Translations under genes and position numbers: made by a program
Part shown: positions 51,128 through 63,207 of the stretch, one piece after another
Numbering within the stretch: position 1 is the stretch's first letter
Layout of the letters: the number at the start of each line of letters is the position of its first letter
Notes under the pieces: generated by a model
Told to the model about the DNA's origin: nothing
Database searches by the model: none
Seen by the model: only the letters and a program-made list of their open reading frames with translations
NCBI RefSeq assembly: GCF_963921235.1
Contig: NC_086123.1
Location: 13,950,001-14,014,000 of the forward strand
Reading direction: 5' to 3'
DNA length: 64,000 nucleotides
Source: Mobula hypostoma
Taxonomy: Eukaryota

Positions 51128-51177
51128 CTTGGGAAGTTTACTGGCTTCAAAACAGCATTAATCTTGGGTGGAGACAA
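51128..51177 (+). CDS. DDX54: DDX54 exon 5
   Basis: LGKFTGFKTALILGGD; gtag| ... AA|gtgagt. Confidence 0.95.
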
Positions 51178-51284
51178 GTGAGTACGTTTTCAAGTGGTAA
51201 TCTGTAGTCTTTAGTAGTGTAATTTAATTGAATCAAGTAACACTAAATATTTAATAAAATGTGTGGTACTGTACTTATTTTTAG

Positions 51285-51326
51285 AATGGAAGATCAATTT
51301 GCAGCACTTCATGAAAATCCGGATAT
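51285..51326 (+). CDS. DDX54: DDX54 exon 6
   Basis: MEDQFAALHENPD; ttag| ... AT|gtgagt. Confidence 0.95.
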
Positions 51327-51581
51327 GTGAGTTAACATTTTCTTAATGTAGTCTGATTTATTATTAGTTTTGAAGATAATTTCTTCATGAAGTTTTTTTT
51401 TACCTCTTAAAAACATTCTGTGAAGTGTATCTCCTAAAACGTCTGGTGTTTCAGATTACTTTGTAGGATAATGTTCACATACTGAAATTCCTTTTGTAAA
51501 ACAACCTATTTAATTTTGTTATTCTTAGAATTATTCTTCAAAGAATTGGGTAATTATATGGAGATATAAGAGACTATAGAT

Positions 51582-51656
51582 CAGGCGTTCCCACCCTGGG
51601 GACTACAGACCCCTCGGTTAATGGTAGGGGTGATTAAAACAGTTTGGGAACCCCTG
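51582..51656. mobile_element. Short hAT MITE
   Basis: TIRs caggcgttccca / tgggaacccctg; TSD ctatagat / ctgtagat. Confidence 0.8.
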
Positions 51657-52159
51657 CTGTAGATACTGTAATCTGAAACTTAAAAAGACAGCTGAAAGAA
51701 CTAAATGGGTAAGGCAGCATTTGTGGAGGTAAAGGGTTAAGAACCTGCATCAGGATTGACGCAGAGTTTCAACATGAAATATTGACCTCTGTTTTTATAG
51801 ATGCTGTCTGATCCACTCAGTTCTTGTAGCAGTTTTTTTTTTAGCATTTATGTAAGTCTATTTTACATTTAAATATTTGTTTTCCCATTACTATTGGAAG
51901 AGAATACAACTGGAAAGACTGAGTTAATTTTGCTGTCTGTGGTATCTTGGGGGGTGGTGGAAGGGAAACAGGGAAGTAGAAAAAGCTGTGAATAGTTTTG
52001 TGCAGTTGATAGTTTCACTTCTATTGGATGTAGTTAATTATATTTAATCATTGTGTTCTGATTGTTGGAATATCACTGTTCAAAGGTATAGGCTAATATG
52101 AGGAATGATTTTATTGGGGCTGAACAGAGTAAAATCTAAGGATATTTACAAACTTGGAG

Positions 52160-52346
52160 CAAAACATACAAAATGCTGGAGGAACTCAGCAGGCCAGGCA
52201 GCATTATTGGGCCGACGTTTTGGGCCAAGACCCTGCAGCAGGACTGTCAACTCTTTTCCATAGATGCTGCCTGGCCTGCTGAGTTCCTCCAGCATTTTGT
52301 GTGTGTTGCTTGGACTTCCAGCATCTGCAGATTTTCTCTTGTTTGT
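52160..52346. mobile_element. Penelope-derived inverted short repeat
   Basis: Inverted arms caaaatgctggaggaactcagcaggccaggcagcat / atgctgcctggcctgctgagttcctccagcattttg; degenerate hammerhead motif between them. Confidence 0.8.
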
Positions 52347-52864
52347 GATTGGATTACAAACTTGAGGTAGTCTTTTTGTGTTCCACTAATGGGAGTTAGG
52401 GGGTTGCTTTGGGACAAGCCAACTCCTTTTGATTTAGCATCAGAAAGTACTTTGGGCAAAACAATTTGATCTTTAGGAATAATATGCAAATAAAATTATG
52501 GAAAATACATTAAGTTGTTTGAGTAGTATCTTTCCAGTCTCTGTGGATTTTTAGTTAACTTATTTTATGAATGTAAGTACAAGTTTAAACATCTAGTTAG
52601 TTGATGAAGTTTCTTAAATCTCCTAAATGTATTGTTTAGAAGTTAAGTACATCATGTTTTGATACGGACTTTGCATGTCATCTAAACTTCACCCCAGGCG
52701 TGGAACAGTGAAGTCTTTATTTTTATAATTGAATATAATGATCCTGAAGTGAAAACTGCACTGCAACGCTGCCTTGGATTTCATTTGACAAACTATTTAC
52801 CTTTGGGTCTCTGATGTCTAAATAGTTAGATTATAAATTTTTCCAAGTAGTATATTAGTAAATG

Positions 52865-53380
52865 CAGAATCAGAATTGGATTTAATATCACTGGCATCTA
52901 TTGTGGAATTTATTGTTTTGCAACAGCAGTACAGTGCAATACATAATTTTAAAAACTCTACAAGTTACTATATATGTATATGTATGTATGTCTATATGCG
53001 CATGTGTGTGTATGTATGTGTAATTTAAAATACATAATTAAATAAGTGGTGCAAAGTCGGGGGGGAGAAAGAAATGAGTAAGATGGTGTACAGGGGTTCA
53101 TCGTCTATTCAGAAATCTGATGCGGAAGGAACAAACTGTTCCTAAAACGTGTGTCTTCACGCTCCTGTGCCCCCATCTCCTTGATGGTAGCAATGAGAAG
53201 AAGTCATGGCCTGGGTGATGAGGGTCCTTACTGTTGGATGTTGCCTTTTTGAGGCATGGACTTTTGAAGATATCCTTGCAATTAGGGAGGCTAGTGCCCG
53301 TGATGCAGCCTGCTGAATTTGCAGTTTTCTGCGGCTTTTTCTGATCCTCTGCTGTAGCCCCTCCATACTAGATGGTGACA
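52865..53380 (-). mobile_element. L2/Rex-like LINE 3' fragment
   Basis: Antisense of the same 3' family as 1175-2352 and 8270-8693; (cagaat)n tail. Confidence 0.7.
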
Positions 53381-53473
53381 GCAAATGCCAATGTTGAAGG
53401 AATATTAATGATATACACTGTTCAGTAGAGTCATGGACTGAATTGACTTGTATTCTATATGTTTTCTTTACAG

Positions 53474-53569
53474 TATAATTGGCACACCAGGTCGATTAAT
53501 GCATGTGATAGTGGAAATGAACCTCAAGCTACATAATGTTGAATATGTGGTCTTTGATGAAGCTGACAG
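53474..53569 (+). CDS. DDX54: DDX54 exon 7 (motif Ib and DEAD box)
   Basis: [31 protein letters not shown]; DEAD codons at 53556-53567. Confidence 0.97.
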
Positions 53570-53777
53570 GTAAACTTCATAAAGATACACTTATTGTATT
53601 TGCTAACGTTTACTCCTGATTTTGGACTATATAGTGAAAATGCAAGTTTTAAAGAAAAAGTAAAGAACTAGAACTTAAGAAAAGCTTTTCAGGACATCCT
53701 AAAGCATATAAAGTGATTTTGAATTGTTATCACTCTTATAATTTGCATCCAAGTTCTTCATGAAAGGCAAAGAGATA

Positions 53778-55428
53778 CCGTAAATTCAGGTGTATAAGCC
53801 GACCTGGAGTATAAACCGACCCCTCATTTTCAAGGTTAAAAAAAGTGACTTTTTCATGTTACTTTTGTATAAGCTGACCCCTTTTGTAGAGGTTTTTGAT
53901 TTAACCAGAAAAGATCACAAGATCTCACGTGCCGGTACTCAGCTTTGCCGGATCTGGAACCTGGAAATTTTGTGAACCAGTACTTGCTAAGAAAATAGGC
54001 CTACACATTATAGACTGTTATAAGCAAATTCTTAATAAATAAATCAGGGAGGTAAGTTTTGGATTAGGTTCCCAATGGTAAAGAATCCTCTGAAATGTAA
54101 CCCCCGTGAAACCATTTAGCACTCATCGTAATCTCGTTAAAACATAACACGGGGTGGTGGGATGAGTACGTGTACTCAGTATTGAGTTGGCGACCACCAT
54201 GTACAAAAGATTAAAAGGAATGCGATATGATGCTGGCTTCAAGCTGAAGGTTGTTGATTTTGCTAAAGGAATGAATAATTCTGCAGCTGCTAAGAAGTTT
54301 GGTGTAAACGAGAAACGAGAGAGTGGAAAAAGGCAGAGGACACGCTGAGGGAAATGCCAAAGACGAAATGTGCAAACCACAGGAAAACATGCCAGTGGCC
54401 AGAACTGGAAGAAAGAGTTTTGAGTGGGTGAATCACCAGCGGTCGTCTGGGTACATTGTTACCAGAGAAATGATTCGAGTTCAAGTGTTGAAGTGGGCCG
54501 AAAAACACCGTGAGGTCAGCGAAAATTTCAAAGCTACGCGAAGTTGGTGCACCCGGTTTATGAATAGAGGTGATCCTATGTTGAGACAAAAACAAAGATT
54601 GCTCAGAAGTTGCCGGGCGACTTTGAGAATAAGATTACGGCCTTCCAATTGTTTATAATCAAGCATCGAAAGGCACATTCTTATCTGCTGTCAATCAGAA
54701 GGGGGAGAAAACAGTCCTTGTCAAAACAACTGGACACAAGAAGCAACATTTTACTGTCGTGTTAACTTGTATGGCTGATGGGACCAAACTACCACCGATG
54801 GTGATTTTTAAGAGGAAAACATTCCCAAAGAAAGAAAAATTCCAGCGGGGTGGTGTTTACGTTCAAGACTGCGGCTGGATGGACGAAGCGGGTTGCTTGA
54901 AGTGGGTTAAAGAGGTGTGGCGTCGATGTCCCGAAGATTTCAGGAAGGAAAAGTTGCTACTTGTCTGGGACATGTTCAAAGCGCACTTGTCAGGTGAGAC
55001 AAAAGCAGCACTGAAAGCTGAAAATACGGACATTGCAGTCATCCCTGGTGGCTTGACGTTCGTGCTCCAGCCAATAGATGTGAGTTTAAACAAACCATTC
55101 AAAGAATTCATGCGTCGACAGTGGAACAAATGGATGATGTCTGGAAATCAGTCATTCACTCCAGCGGGAAATATGAGGGTGAGAGTTTCAAGCTCTGAAC
55201 GTTTGACGACAACACTGTGTACAAGTAAATTGAGAAACAGAATGTATTTTGTAGATCTTTTGCGTAGATTTCATAAGCGTTTGTATTATCTTTTGTATTT
55301 GACTCAAAAACAGCCAGTAAATATGACCTGTCTTCCCTGTATTCGTTTTTCCAAAGTTGGCACCCTCTGTATAAGCTGACCCCCAAAATTTAGGGCCAAA
55401 TTCTCGGCTTATACACCAGAATTTACGG
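53778..55428 (+). mobile_element. pogo-family DNA transposon (POGK/Passer-like), frameshifted and internally deleted
   Basis: 25-bp TIRs ccgtaaattc(a/t)ggtgtataagccga with TA on both flanks; ATG 54199 RYDAGFKLKVVDFAK..NNSAAAKKFGVNEK (Brinker-type DBD), FKATRSWCTRFMNR (CENP-B HTH), LTCMADGTKLPPMVIFK, LLVWDMFKAH, LQPIDVSLNKPFK. Confidence 0.93.
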
Positions 55429-55621
55429 TATATGACCAGATTGCATTATAGATATAAACTGAAGGATAATTACTGTCTTAGACGTTGGAAAAACTTTCTT
55501 CGAGTGCTGTCTTAAGAATTCCTATGCTAACCTGAGGGGGCAAAGTTGGCTTTGATTCACATCTGCAAACTTCCTCAGCTAATACTGCCAAGATCTGGTA
55601 AATCAAAACATTAGTCTAGAT

Positions 55622-55700
55622 CAGGGGTTCTCAACCTTTTTAATGCCATGGACCAATATCATTATGTGAGGGGTTCGAGGACCACAGGTTGGGAACCCTG
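55622..55700. mobile_element. Short hAT MITE
   Basis: TIRs caggggttctcaacct / aggttgggaaccctg; perfect 8-bp TSD gtctagat. Confidence 0.88.
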
Positions 55701-56833
55701 GTCTAGATTGTGGATTGAAATGGGACACTAAGCCATTATTTTGCTTGAAATTACATTTTTATAAAACAGGGATTGTATTGTTCAATAGCTAAAATTGCGT
55801 CTGTTGTATTTGTGAGTCGTTCTCTAGGTTTTAAGTGCAACTGGAAAGCCAACTTTTATTGTCCATTTCTCGTTGTACTTGATAAGCTTGTGATGGCATG
55901 CATCATGTGATGCAGCAGGTAGTCTCACAGTACTGTTTAATTAGGGTGGTCTGAAGTGGGCTTGATGTTGTTCCCACTCATCTGCTCTATCCTCTAACAT
56001 ATTATTGATGAATGATATGCTGTGCAGAGATTACATCTCAGTTTTATGTTCGCAGTGGTGGTTCAAGTTAGCAAGTGGGATGTTCAAAAATTCACGTGTA
56101 TACAGCTTAAAAAAAAAACAGCATCCCTCCGGGGCCAAGGTGCGAAACACAGAGTGTATTGTCACACACAGCACATTGAGTCAGTTACAATCCAGCACTT
56201 ACAGTCACAAAATAAGATTAACATAAGTCCCGTTAATGGCATGGCCTGAAGATTGACAGGCTGACATAAAGTGTGAGGTGCAAGTTTATGTAGGACAGTA
56301 TAATGTTACTGGCACTATTACGATAAAACAAACAGTGGTATAAATACGTGAAAGAGATGAAAAGGTGACCAGAGCAGGATGACAGCGTTTCTGTGAGTTG
56401 GGGGGTGGGCAGTAGGGCATTCAGACAGGGTGTACATATGTGCTGAGTGACAGCAGGATGCTTTGTCCTGGATGCCAGCTTCCACTTTAGGACAAATGAC
56501 TCTGTATTAGCACTCTGAAGCAGCAAATGGAGGAGAATACAAAGAACTGGGAATCTGCCCTAATGGTATACTGGTGAAAGTATTGCTGTGCATCGCAATT
56601 TACTATAAGTCATGCATAATCAGGAATTGAGAAAGTGGAAGCTTTTATTAACGCACCACAATTAGGTGATAACTGTCCTTTCAGTTGACTAACATGCAGA
56701 TATCGATAAATGACCCTATGTGTAAATGTACCAAAGTCAAAATGATTTGTCCTTTCTGTAAACCAGGAGAGAATTAAACTACACTTTCAGCTGGTGACCA
56801 ACTGAAGTTTTTGTATAAACATTTTTCTTCCAG

Positions 56834-56955
56834 ATTGTTTGAAATGGGATTTGCGGAGCAGTTACAAGAGATTATTCAGAGGTTGCCAGAATCCAGACAA
56901 ACCCTACTATTCTCAGCCACATTGCCCAAGCAGTTAGTGGAATTTGCACGTGCTG
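56834..56955 (+). CDS. DDX54: DDX54 exon 8 (motif III SAT)
   Basis: [40 protein letters not shown]. Confidence 0.97.
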
Positions 56956-57039
56956 GTATGACTTCTAACATAGTGTGTTAAAAAACTACGGTAGTTTATA
57001 ATGCCATTAATGTTGTCTGCATTGGTTTTATATTACTGA

Positions 57040-57530
57040 CCGGAGACCACAGTCACTACAGATCGATGATAGTATCTCTTCCTTGCTGACAATCAACACG
57101 GGTATATCTCAAGGATGCATGCTCAGCACACTGCTCTACTCTGTATATTCACAACAGTGTGGCAAAGGACAGCTCAAGTACCATCTATAAATGCGCTGAT
57201 GTTTGTAAAATCTCAGCTGGTGATGAGGTGCACAGGAGTGAGACAGATTGGCTGGATGACTGGTTTTGCAACAATAACCTTGCACTCAATGACAGCAATA
57301 CCAAAGAATTGATTGTGAACTTCAGGAAGGGGAAGTCAGGAGAACGCGCCCCAATCCTCATTGAGGGGGCAGTAGTTCCTGTTGGAGAATCTATCCTGGT
57401 CTCAACACATTCATGCAGTCCACAAGCAGGCATCTTGTTCAGCCAGCAGATCTACATCATGAGGAGTTTGAGAAGATTCGAACTCTTGCAAATTCCTGAA
57501 GATGTATGCTAGAGAGCATTCTGACTGGTT
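57040..57530 (+). mobile_element. Degraded L2/Rex-like RT fragment
   Basis: IYKCADV..., WFCNNNLALNDSNTKELIVNFRKGK. Confidence 0.7.
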
Positions 57531-57534
57531 ACAA

Positions 57535-58070
57535 CAGGCAGGATTTCCCGGTGGCCAACCATTTTAATTCCACTGTTCATTTCCATCCTAACATGCCGAT
57601 CCATGGCCACCTCTACTGCTGCAATGAGGCTATTCTCAGGTGTAAAAGCAACACCCCATATTGCGTCTGTGTAGTCTCCAACCTAATGGCATGAACATTG
57701 ATTTCTCCCCCTCTCCCTTCCCTCTTTTTCCATGCCCCATTTTGGCTTCCCTCTTACCACTTCTCCTCACCTGCCTAATACTTCCTTCTGGTGCCCCTCC
57801 TCTTTCCCTTCCTCCCATGGTCCACTCTCCTCTCCTCTCAGATTCCTCCTTCAGCCATTTCTCTCTTCCATCTCTCACCCCAGCTTCTTAATACCCCGAC
57901 TCGCCCCCACGTACCTTCCCCCTTACCAGTTTGTACTCCTTCCACTTCTCCCAGTCTGTTATCCTGGCTGCTGCTTCCCTCATTTCCAGTCCTGATGAAG
58001 GGTCTCAGCCTGATACGTTGACACTTTATTCCTCGCCGTACATGCTGCTGGATCTGTTGAGTCTCTCCTC
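57535..58070 (+). mobile_element. Penelope-like element 3' portion
   Basis: RQDFPVANHFNST... and RLCSLQPNGMNIDFS, pyrimidine-rich UTR, then cagtc-CTGATGA-agggtctcagcct-GATAC-gtt. Confidence 0.85.
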
Positions 58071-59579
58071 GATATATATATATGAAAAATGGCTTCTGTT
58101 TTTCATCATTATGACTACCAAATTTGATTTCCCATATGTTTTCCAAAAAAGTTTCAAACAATTCAATTATAGTTTGTTATAATGGTGATATGTTAACATA
58201 TCTTCACTTGCACTGTCTGAGACCATATTTTTAGTGTGGTCTAAATATGATATTATTACATTTTCAGTAAATATTTCTGGACTTATGGAAAAGTTGTCCT
58301 TGATATTTTACCTAAAATTTGAATTGTATTTTTGCTACTCATTTGAAGTGTTAAAATTTCATTCATAAAATTTTAAAAGATTACCAGTTAGTTTCCCATT
58401 AATTATCATGTAAATACATTGACTTACTTGGATTATTCTGCTACTTAAGTAATTTTATTTTCTGCAAAAATCTGCCAATGCACCTGTGCTGAAGATGCAA
58501 ATGTCAAATTGGCAGGTCAAAGTTGACCTAGTGGTCAAGGCTTTGGAACTTTAAATGTACACCTTTTATTTGTAAAATAATCTCCTCAAAAATGAAGCAT
58601 TGACAGCCTTGCCTGGAATCACCAGCTTTTGTTCAAGGTACGAGGTCTGGACGCAAAGAATCAATCACGTAGACTCTTGGTATTCCGAAGTCCAGCTGTG
58701 GTTTGAGCAGCAACAGGGTCTTTTCTCATCTGCCTCAATTTTAATCGCATTTAAATATCTTGGAATATTGGAGGCATCTAAAAGCTTAAACAGTATAACT
58801 TACAGTTTTTAAATGTGTTTTGCTATTCCTGTAAAAGCTCCAAGTGTTACTTTAATTTTTTAAATTTCTCTGACATTCAGAACATGTCCCATTCATGCCT
58901 GGAAGACAGTCAGTGTTGTTATAAGTTGCTTGTAATAATCTCCGAATTCTCAACATTTCCTGTTTGTAGGTTGTAGGTCATTAAATTGATCTTTAATGCC
59001 GCAGTAAAGCTGAAGTCAAATGGAAGGAGCTAATATCAAGGACAGTTGAGGACAGTTAAAATGGATCAAACTTTTTAAAATAAGTTAATCTTATTAAGAA
59101 TAAAATTAACTGCAGCACCCAAAATATTTTAAAATAATATTAAACTTTAAATGGTGGACACTGGATTGTCGGCCTAAACTTCAAGAATGGAAGGGCTTAC
59201 ATATGTACTCTGACTCTAAAGCAAAGTAATTTTAAAGGAAAGCAACTTATATTTTTGACTCCTGATCTATTGCTTCTCTGTTCTTGAAAGGACAGAATCA
59301 AAGGAGAAATCTTCAATGGTGCAATGTTGGAGAATGTTAGCAAAACTGGGTTCTGAGTAAACTGACAGATTTAGCTTTCTGAATCTCAGTAGTTTCTGGT
59401 TTTCTGCATTTGATGGCATCTGCTCAGAGTTCTGAGAGTGCTGCAATTTGAGTACCTAACACCAGTAGTTAAATTGCAAACTGCTGGCAGCTTTTGTAGA
59501 TTAAGATCAAGTGACCTGCTTTTAGTTCTTAGGTTTTAAAAGCTACTTAATGAAATTTTTTAAAAACACTTTGTTGCAG

Positions 59580-59641
59580 GTTTGACGGAACCAGTACTAA
59601 TCCGACTGGATGTAGATACTAAACTGAATGATCAGTTACGG
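59580..59641 (+). CDS. DDX54: DDX54 exon 9
   Basis: GLTEPVLIRLDVDTKLNDQLR; tgcag| ... |gtaaga. Confidence 0.96.
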
Positions 59642-60386
59642 GTAAGAATCATTTTATAATTGTTAAGTATAAATGTGTATTTAATCATGAGTAGAAATAC
59701 TATCAGGTAGTACATATTTATGTTTCTTGCATGGTACTAAATATTTTCAGTTGTGTGTGTGTGTGTATATATTATACATTAATGGAAAAACTTGCATCTT
59801 TATAATTGGTTCCTTCCATTTGACTAAAATTCATTATCGTGCTAATGGTAAAATGATTACTAATTTGTCTTCATTCCCAGTTAAGAATTCAGTAGATTGT
59901 TACAGGGAGACCTACACTAGCTTGGGCACAGTCTTACAGTATTGGATGTGTTAAATTTATAAATTTTTTGATTCTGTGTTTTAGATGATTAAGAATTACC
60001 AAATTTAGCAATCAGGTTTAATATCACCGGCATATGTCATGAAATTTATTGTTTTGCGGCAGCAGTACATGGCAAGACTTGGTAATAAAAACTATAAATT
60101 ACAATATGTATACAGTGTATCTGTGTGTGTGGGTCATCGTCCATTCAGAAATCCAGTGGTGGGGGGAAGAAGCTGTTTTGAAACTGAGTGTGTCTTCAGG
60201 CTCCTGTCTTGTGTGTCTTCAGGCCAATGGTGGCATTGAGAAGAGGGCATGTCCTGGGTGTGGGGTCCTTAATGTTCGATGCTGCCTTTTTGAGACATCA
60301 CCTTTTGAAAGGTCTGATGCATACTTTTAAAGTTTATAAAAAAACATTGTGGACATGCATTAAACATTGTGTTCAATTTGTTACAG

Positions 60387-60518
60387 CTGGCATTTTTTCA
60401 TGTGAGGTCTGATGACAAGGCATCTGTTCTGCTCTATTTGCTAAGAAATATTATAAAACCTCAAGAACAGACAGTTGTTTTTGCAGCTACCAAACATCAT
60501 GTGGAATACTTGAAAGAG
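60387..60518 (+). CDS. DDX54: DDX54 exon 10
   Basis: LAFFHVRSDDKASVLLYLLRNIIKPQEQTVVFAATKHHVEYLKE. Confidence 0.96.
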
Positions 60519-61096
60519 GTTTGTATTAAATACAAAGTTGGTCAAAGATTGTTGAACTAAGTCCTATCCTTAGCCAAAGCAATAACAGACATTTTTTCAT
60601 TTTATGAAAAATGTTATTCAGTGTGATTCTATTCCTGTCTCTTTTTTTAAACAGTGTCTGGATACAAAAGCCAAATAAGATTTAAAGGTGACTTTGTCAA
60701 AAATTACCAGAGAAGAGGTTCTGATTTTACAGTTATAATGTGTAGGTTCAGATTCAGTTTCAGATTACCAGAGTTATTGTCCATTATTTTCTTGGATGCA
60801 TGGTGTGTCACGATTTTTGTGTTCTCGTAACAAGTTCTGTTTTCTTATTGAAGCAGTACCCCTCCAGTATTATACACTGTAGCAATGAACAAATAATATG
60901 GGAAATGTTTACCTGGCCATGGATTTTGATGTTATTTAGTAATTTTCATTTGCTGAGCTTTGTGAAGACCACATTAGGTGTTCAGTCCTTCTGAATTTGC
61001 TGCATGCTATAAGTGCCAAGTATGGCCGACAAGATGAAGGGAGGGTTATATTGAGATTTCTCTTGTCTGCAGTTCATTGCAGTATAGTGTTAAATA

Positions 61097-61302
61097 CGGC
61101 TGGTGGTGTAGTGACATCTGCACCAGACTTCAAGGTGAGAGGTCCCAGGTCTGAATCTGGCCGGCTCCTTGCGTGCTTTCCATCCGTGCTGGGTTCAGTG
61201 TCGAGCTAGCAACTCAGCCTCGTAAAAAATCAGATAAATCTTAAAGGAACGGCAAGGTTGCCACCCGATGTGCCCAAAGGCACGGAAAGGAACAACAATA
61301 AC
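61097..61302 (+). mobile_element. tRNA-derived SINE
   Basis: A-box-like tggtgtagtg, decayed B-box ggtctgaatct, (aac)n tail; 14-bp TSD with 2 mismatches, tatagtgttaaata / tatagtattaaaca. Confidence 0.8.
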
Positions 61303-61633
61303 TATAGTATTAAACAGATACTACTGTCAAGTTAGTGTTAGTATACTGTGAGATAGTCCCCGTGGAAGATTTGTCTTTAATCTGTCAGAAACCTGATTGG
61401 GACTTTAAATAATATTGCCACTTTTGAGCAGATGTGGTTTGGAAGTTGCTTCACAATGCCTAAGATGACAGCTTCCTCGGCATCTGTTCACTTAACAGTT
61501 GCACGTAGAATATGACATACAGATTGTACTTCATAAAATAATGTGTTTTCAAAGTTTTGTTTTTATAAATGAAAAGTGAAGATTTTTCCTGAAATTGCAC
61601 ATACTTACACTGATTTCTTTTTGTTTCCACCAG

Positions 61634-61844
61634 CTAATAACCAGACAGGGCATTGATTGTTCATACATCTATAGTGCTCTGGATCAAACAGCAAGAAAAA
61701 TCAACATTGGGAAATTTGTCCATAGAAAATGTATGGTGATGATTGTTACTGATGTTGCAGCTCGTGGTATCGATATTCCCATGTTGGATAATGTCATAAA
61801 CTACAATTTCCCATCCAAAGCTAAACTTTTCTTGCATAGAGTCG
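61634..61844 (+). CDS. DDX54: DDX54 exon 11 (motif V, start of VI)
   Basis: [17 protein letters not shown]...[34 protein letters not shown]. Confidence 0.97.
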
Positions 61845-62355
61845 GTAAGAATATTGACATTTTCAGAGTTGAGAGAATTGATGGAAAATGTCAGGGAGGG
61901 AGGGCTTAATATATCTTAAATGAGTAAAATCGTATATGAGCATCGAACTGCTTTCTGTTCATTTTCATAAATGCAATCTTTATACTGATTAGTCTGGACA
62001 GAATATTGGACATATTTTGTCTTGTATCACTTTACAGTAAATGATGCATGCTTAATTTAAAGGTGTGAGGAAATACACTGCAGATGCTGGAAATCTGAAA
62101 CAAATATGAAATGCTAGAAACCGTTAGCAGGTCAGCCAGCATCTGAACAAAGTAAAATAGAGGTACCTCTTGTCTTTGTCTTGAAAGTTAACAGTTTTAC
62201 TTTCTGCTAATGCAGCCTGACCTGATTGTTTCTAGCTTTTGCTGTTTTTGTTAATTATGGTATACTTGTTTCCAAACCAATTGGAAGGTTCTTTTGGATG
62301 ACTAAACAATGTTTATTTAGTAATAGCTGACATGTAAAATTGTGTTGTGAACTAG

Positions 62356-62490
62356 GTCGAGTAGCGAGAGCTGGTAGAAATGGCACTGCTTATTCACTAA
62401 TATCTCTGGATGAAATTCCATATGTTTATGATCTGCATTTGTTCCTTGGACGACCTCTGAAATTTGCAGGCCAGACCGAGAATTCCGACG
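62356..62490 (+). CDS. DDX54: DDX54 exon 12 (motif VI)
   Basis: [35 protein letters not shown]. Confidence 0.97.
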
Positions 62491-62985
62491 GTAAATTTAT
62501 GTTATCAACATTTGGCAATATCTCTTTTTCTACTTTACTATGTGCAATGCATTTTAAATAAAATTCTTGTGAATTATCACAAATTTTTTTCTTTATTGTT
62601 TTCAGCTTAGATTTTTAGAGAAAGTAACACTTGGACTATAGACTTAATCTTCTTTTTAAACTGTGTTCGTTCAAAGAAAGATGTCTCAATTAGATTAAAT
62701 TGTATTATAAGACATTTAGAACATTCGTTTGATTTTCTTTGAGAGAATTCTTTAATTTTTTTAATCTTTTGCATTAGGGTTAGGGTTTTGGGTCCAGCTT
62801 TTTTTTTACAGCCTCTGATAAGTGTGTTGATGTTGATCAAAAAGTGGAAAACAACGATTGTTAGCTCAGCAGTAATTGAAGAGAAGGTACCTCTGTGTAA
62901 TAGGAGATGCAGCTGATGTCATGGTAGTAATATTATGTCACCTTCTGCCCTCAACCTTGTTTTTAATTTGTTTTGGCATATTCAG

Positions 62986-63207
62986 ATACAGATGGAATAT
63001 ATGGCAGAGTCCCTCAGAGTATTATAGATGATGAAGAATCATTACTTATGGCAAATCACAAAGCTTCATTAGATCTTCAAAATCTGAAGAGAGTGTCAGA
63101 GAATGCTTACATTCAGTATCTGAAATCAAGACCACCTCCTTCTCCAGAGTCAATAAAGAGAGTTAGAGAATTGAACTTCATGACATTGGGCATTCATTCT
63201 TTATTTG
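62986..63207 (+). CDS. DDX54: DDX54 exon 13 (gene continues beyond the window)
   Basis: DGIYGRVPQSIIDDEE...YLKSRPPPSPESIKR...LGIHSLF; donor G|gtaagt; no stop reached. Confidence 0.95.

Noticed and set aside
61097-61170. tRNA gene
   Set aside because: Decayed B-box, followed by a SINE body, (aac)n tail and TSD
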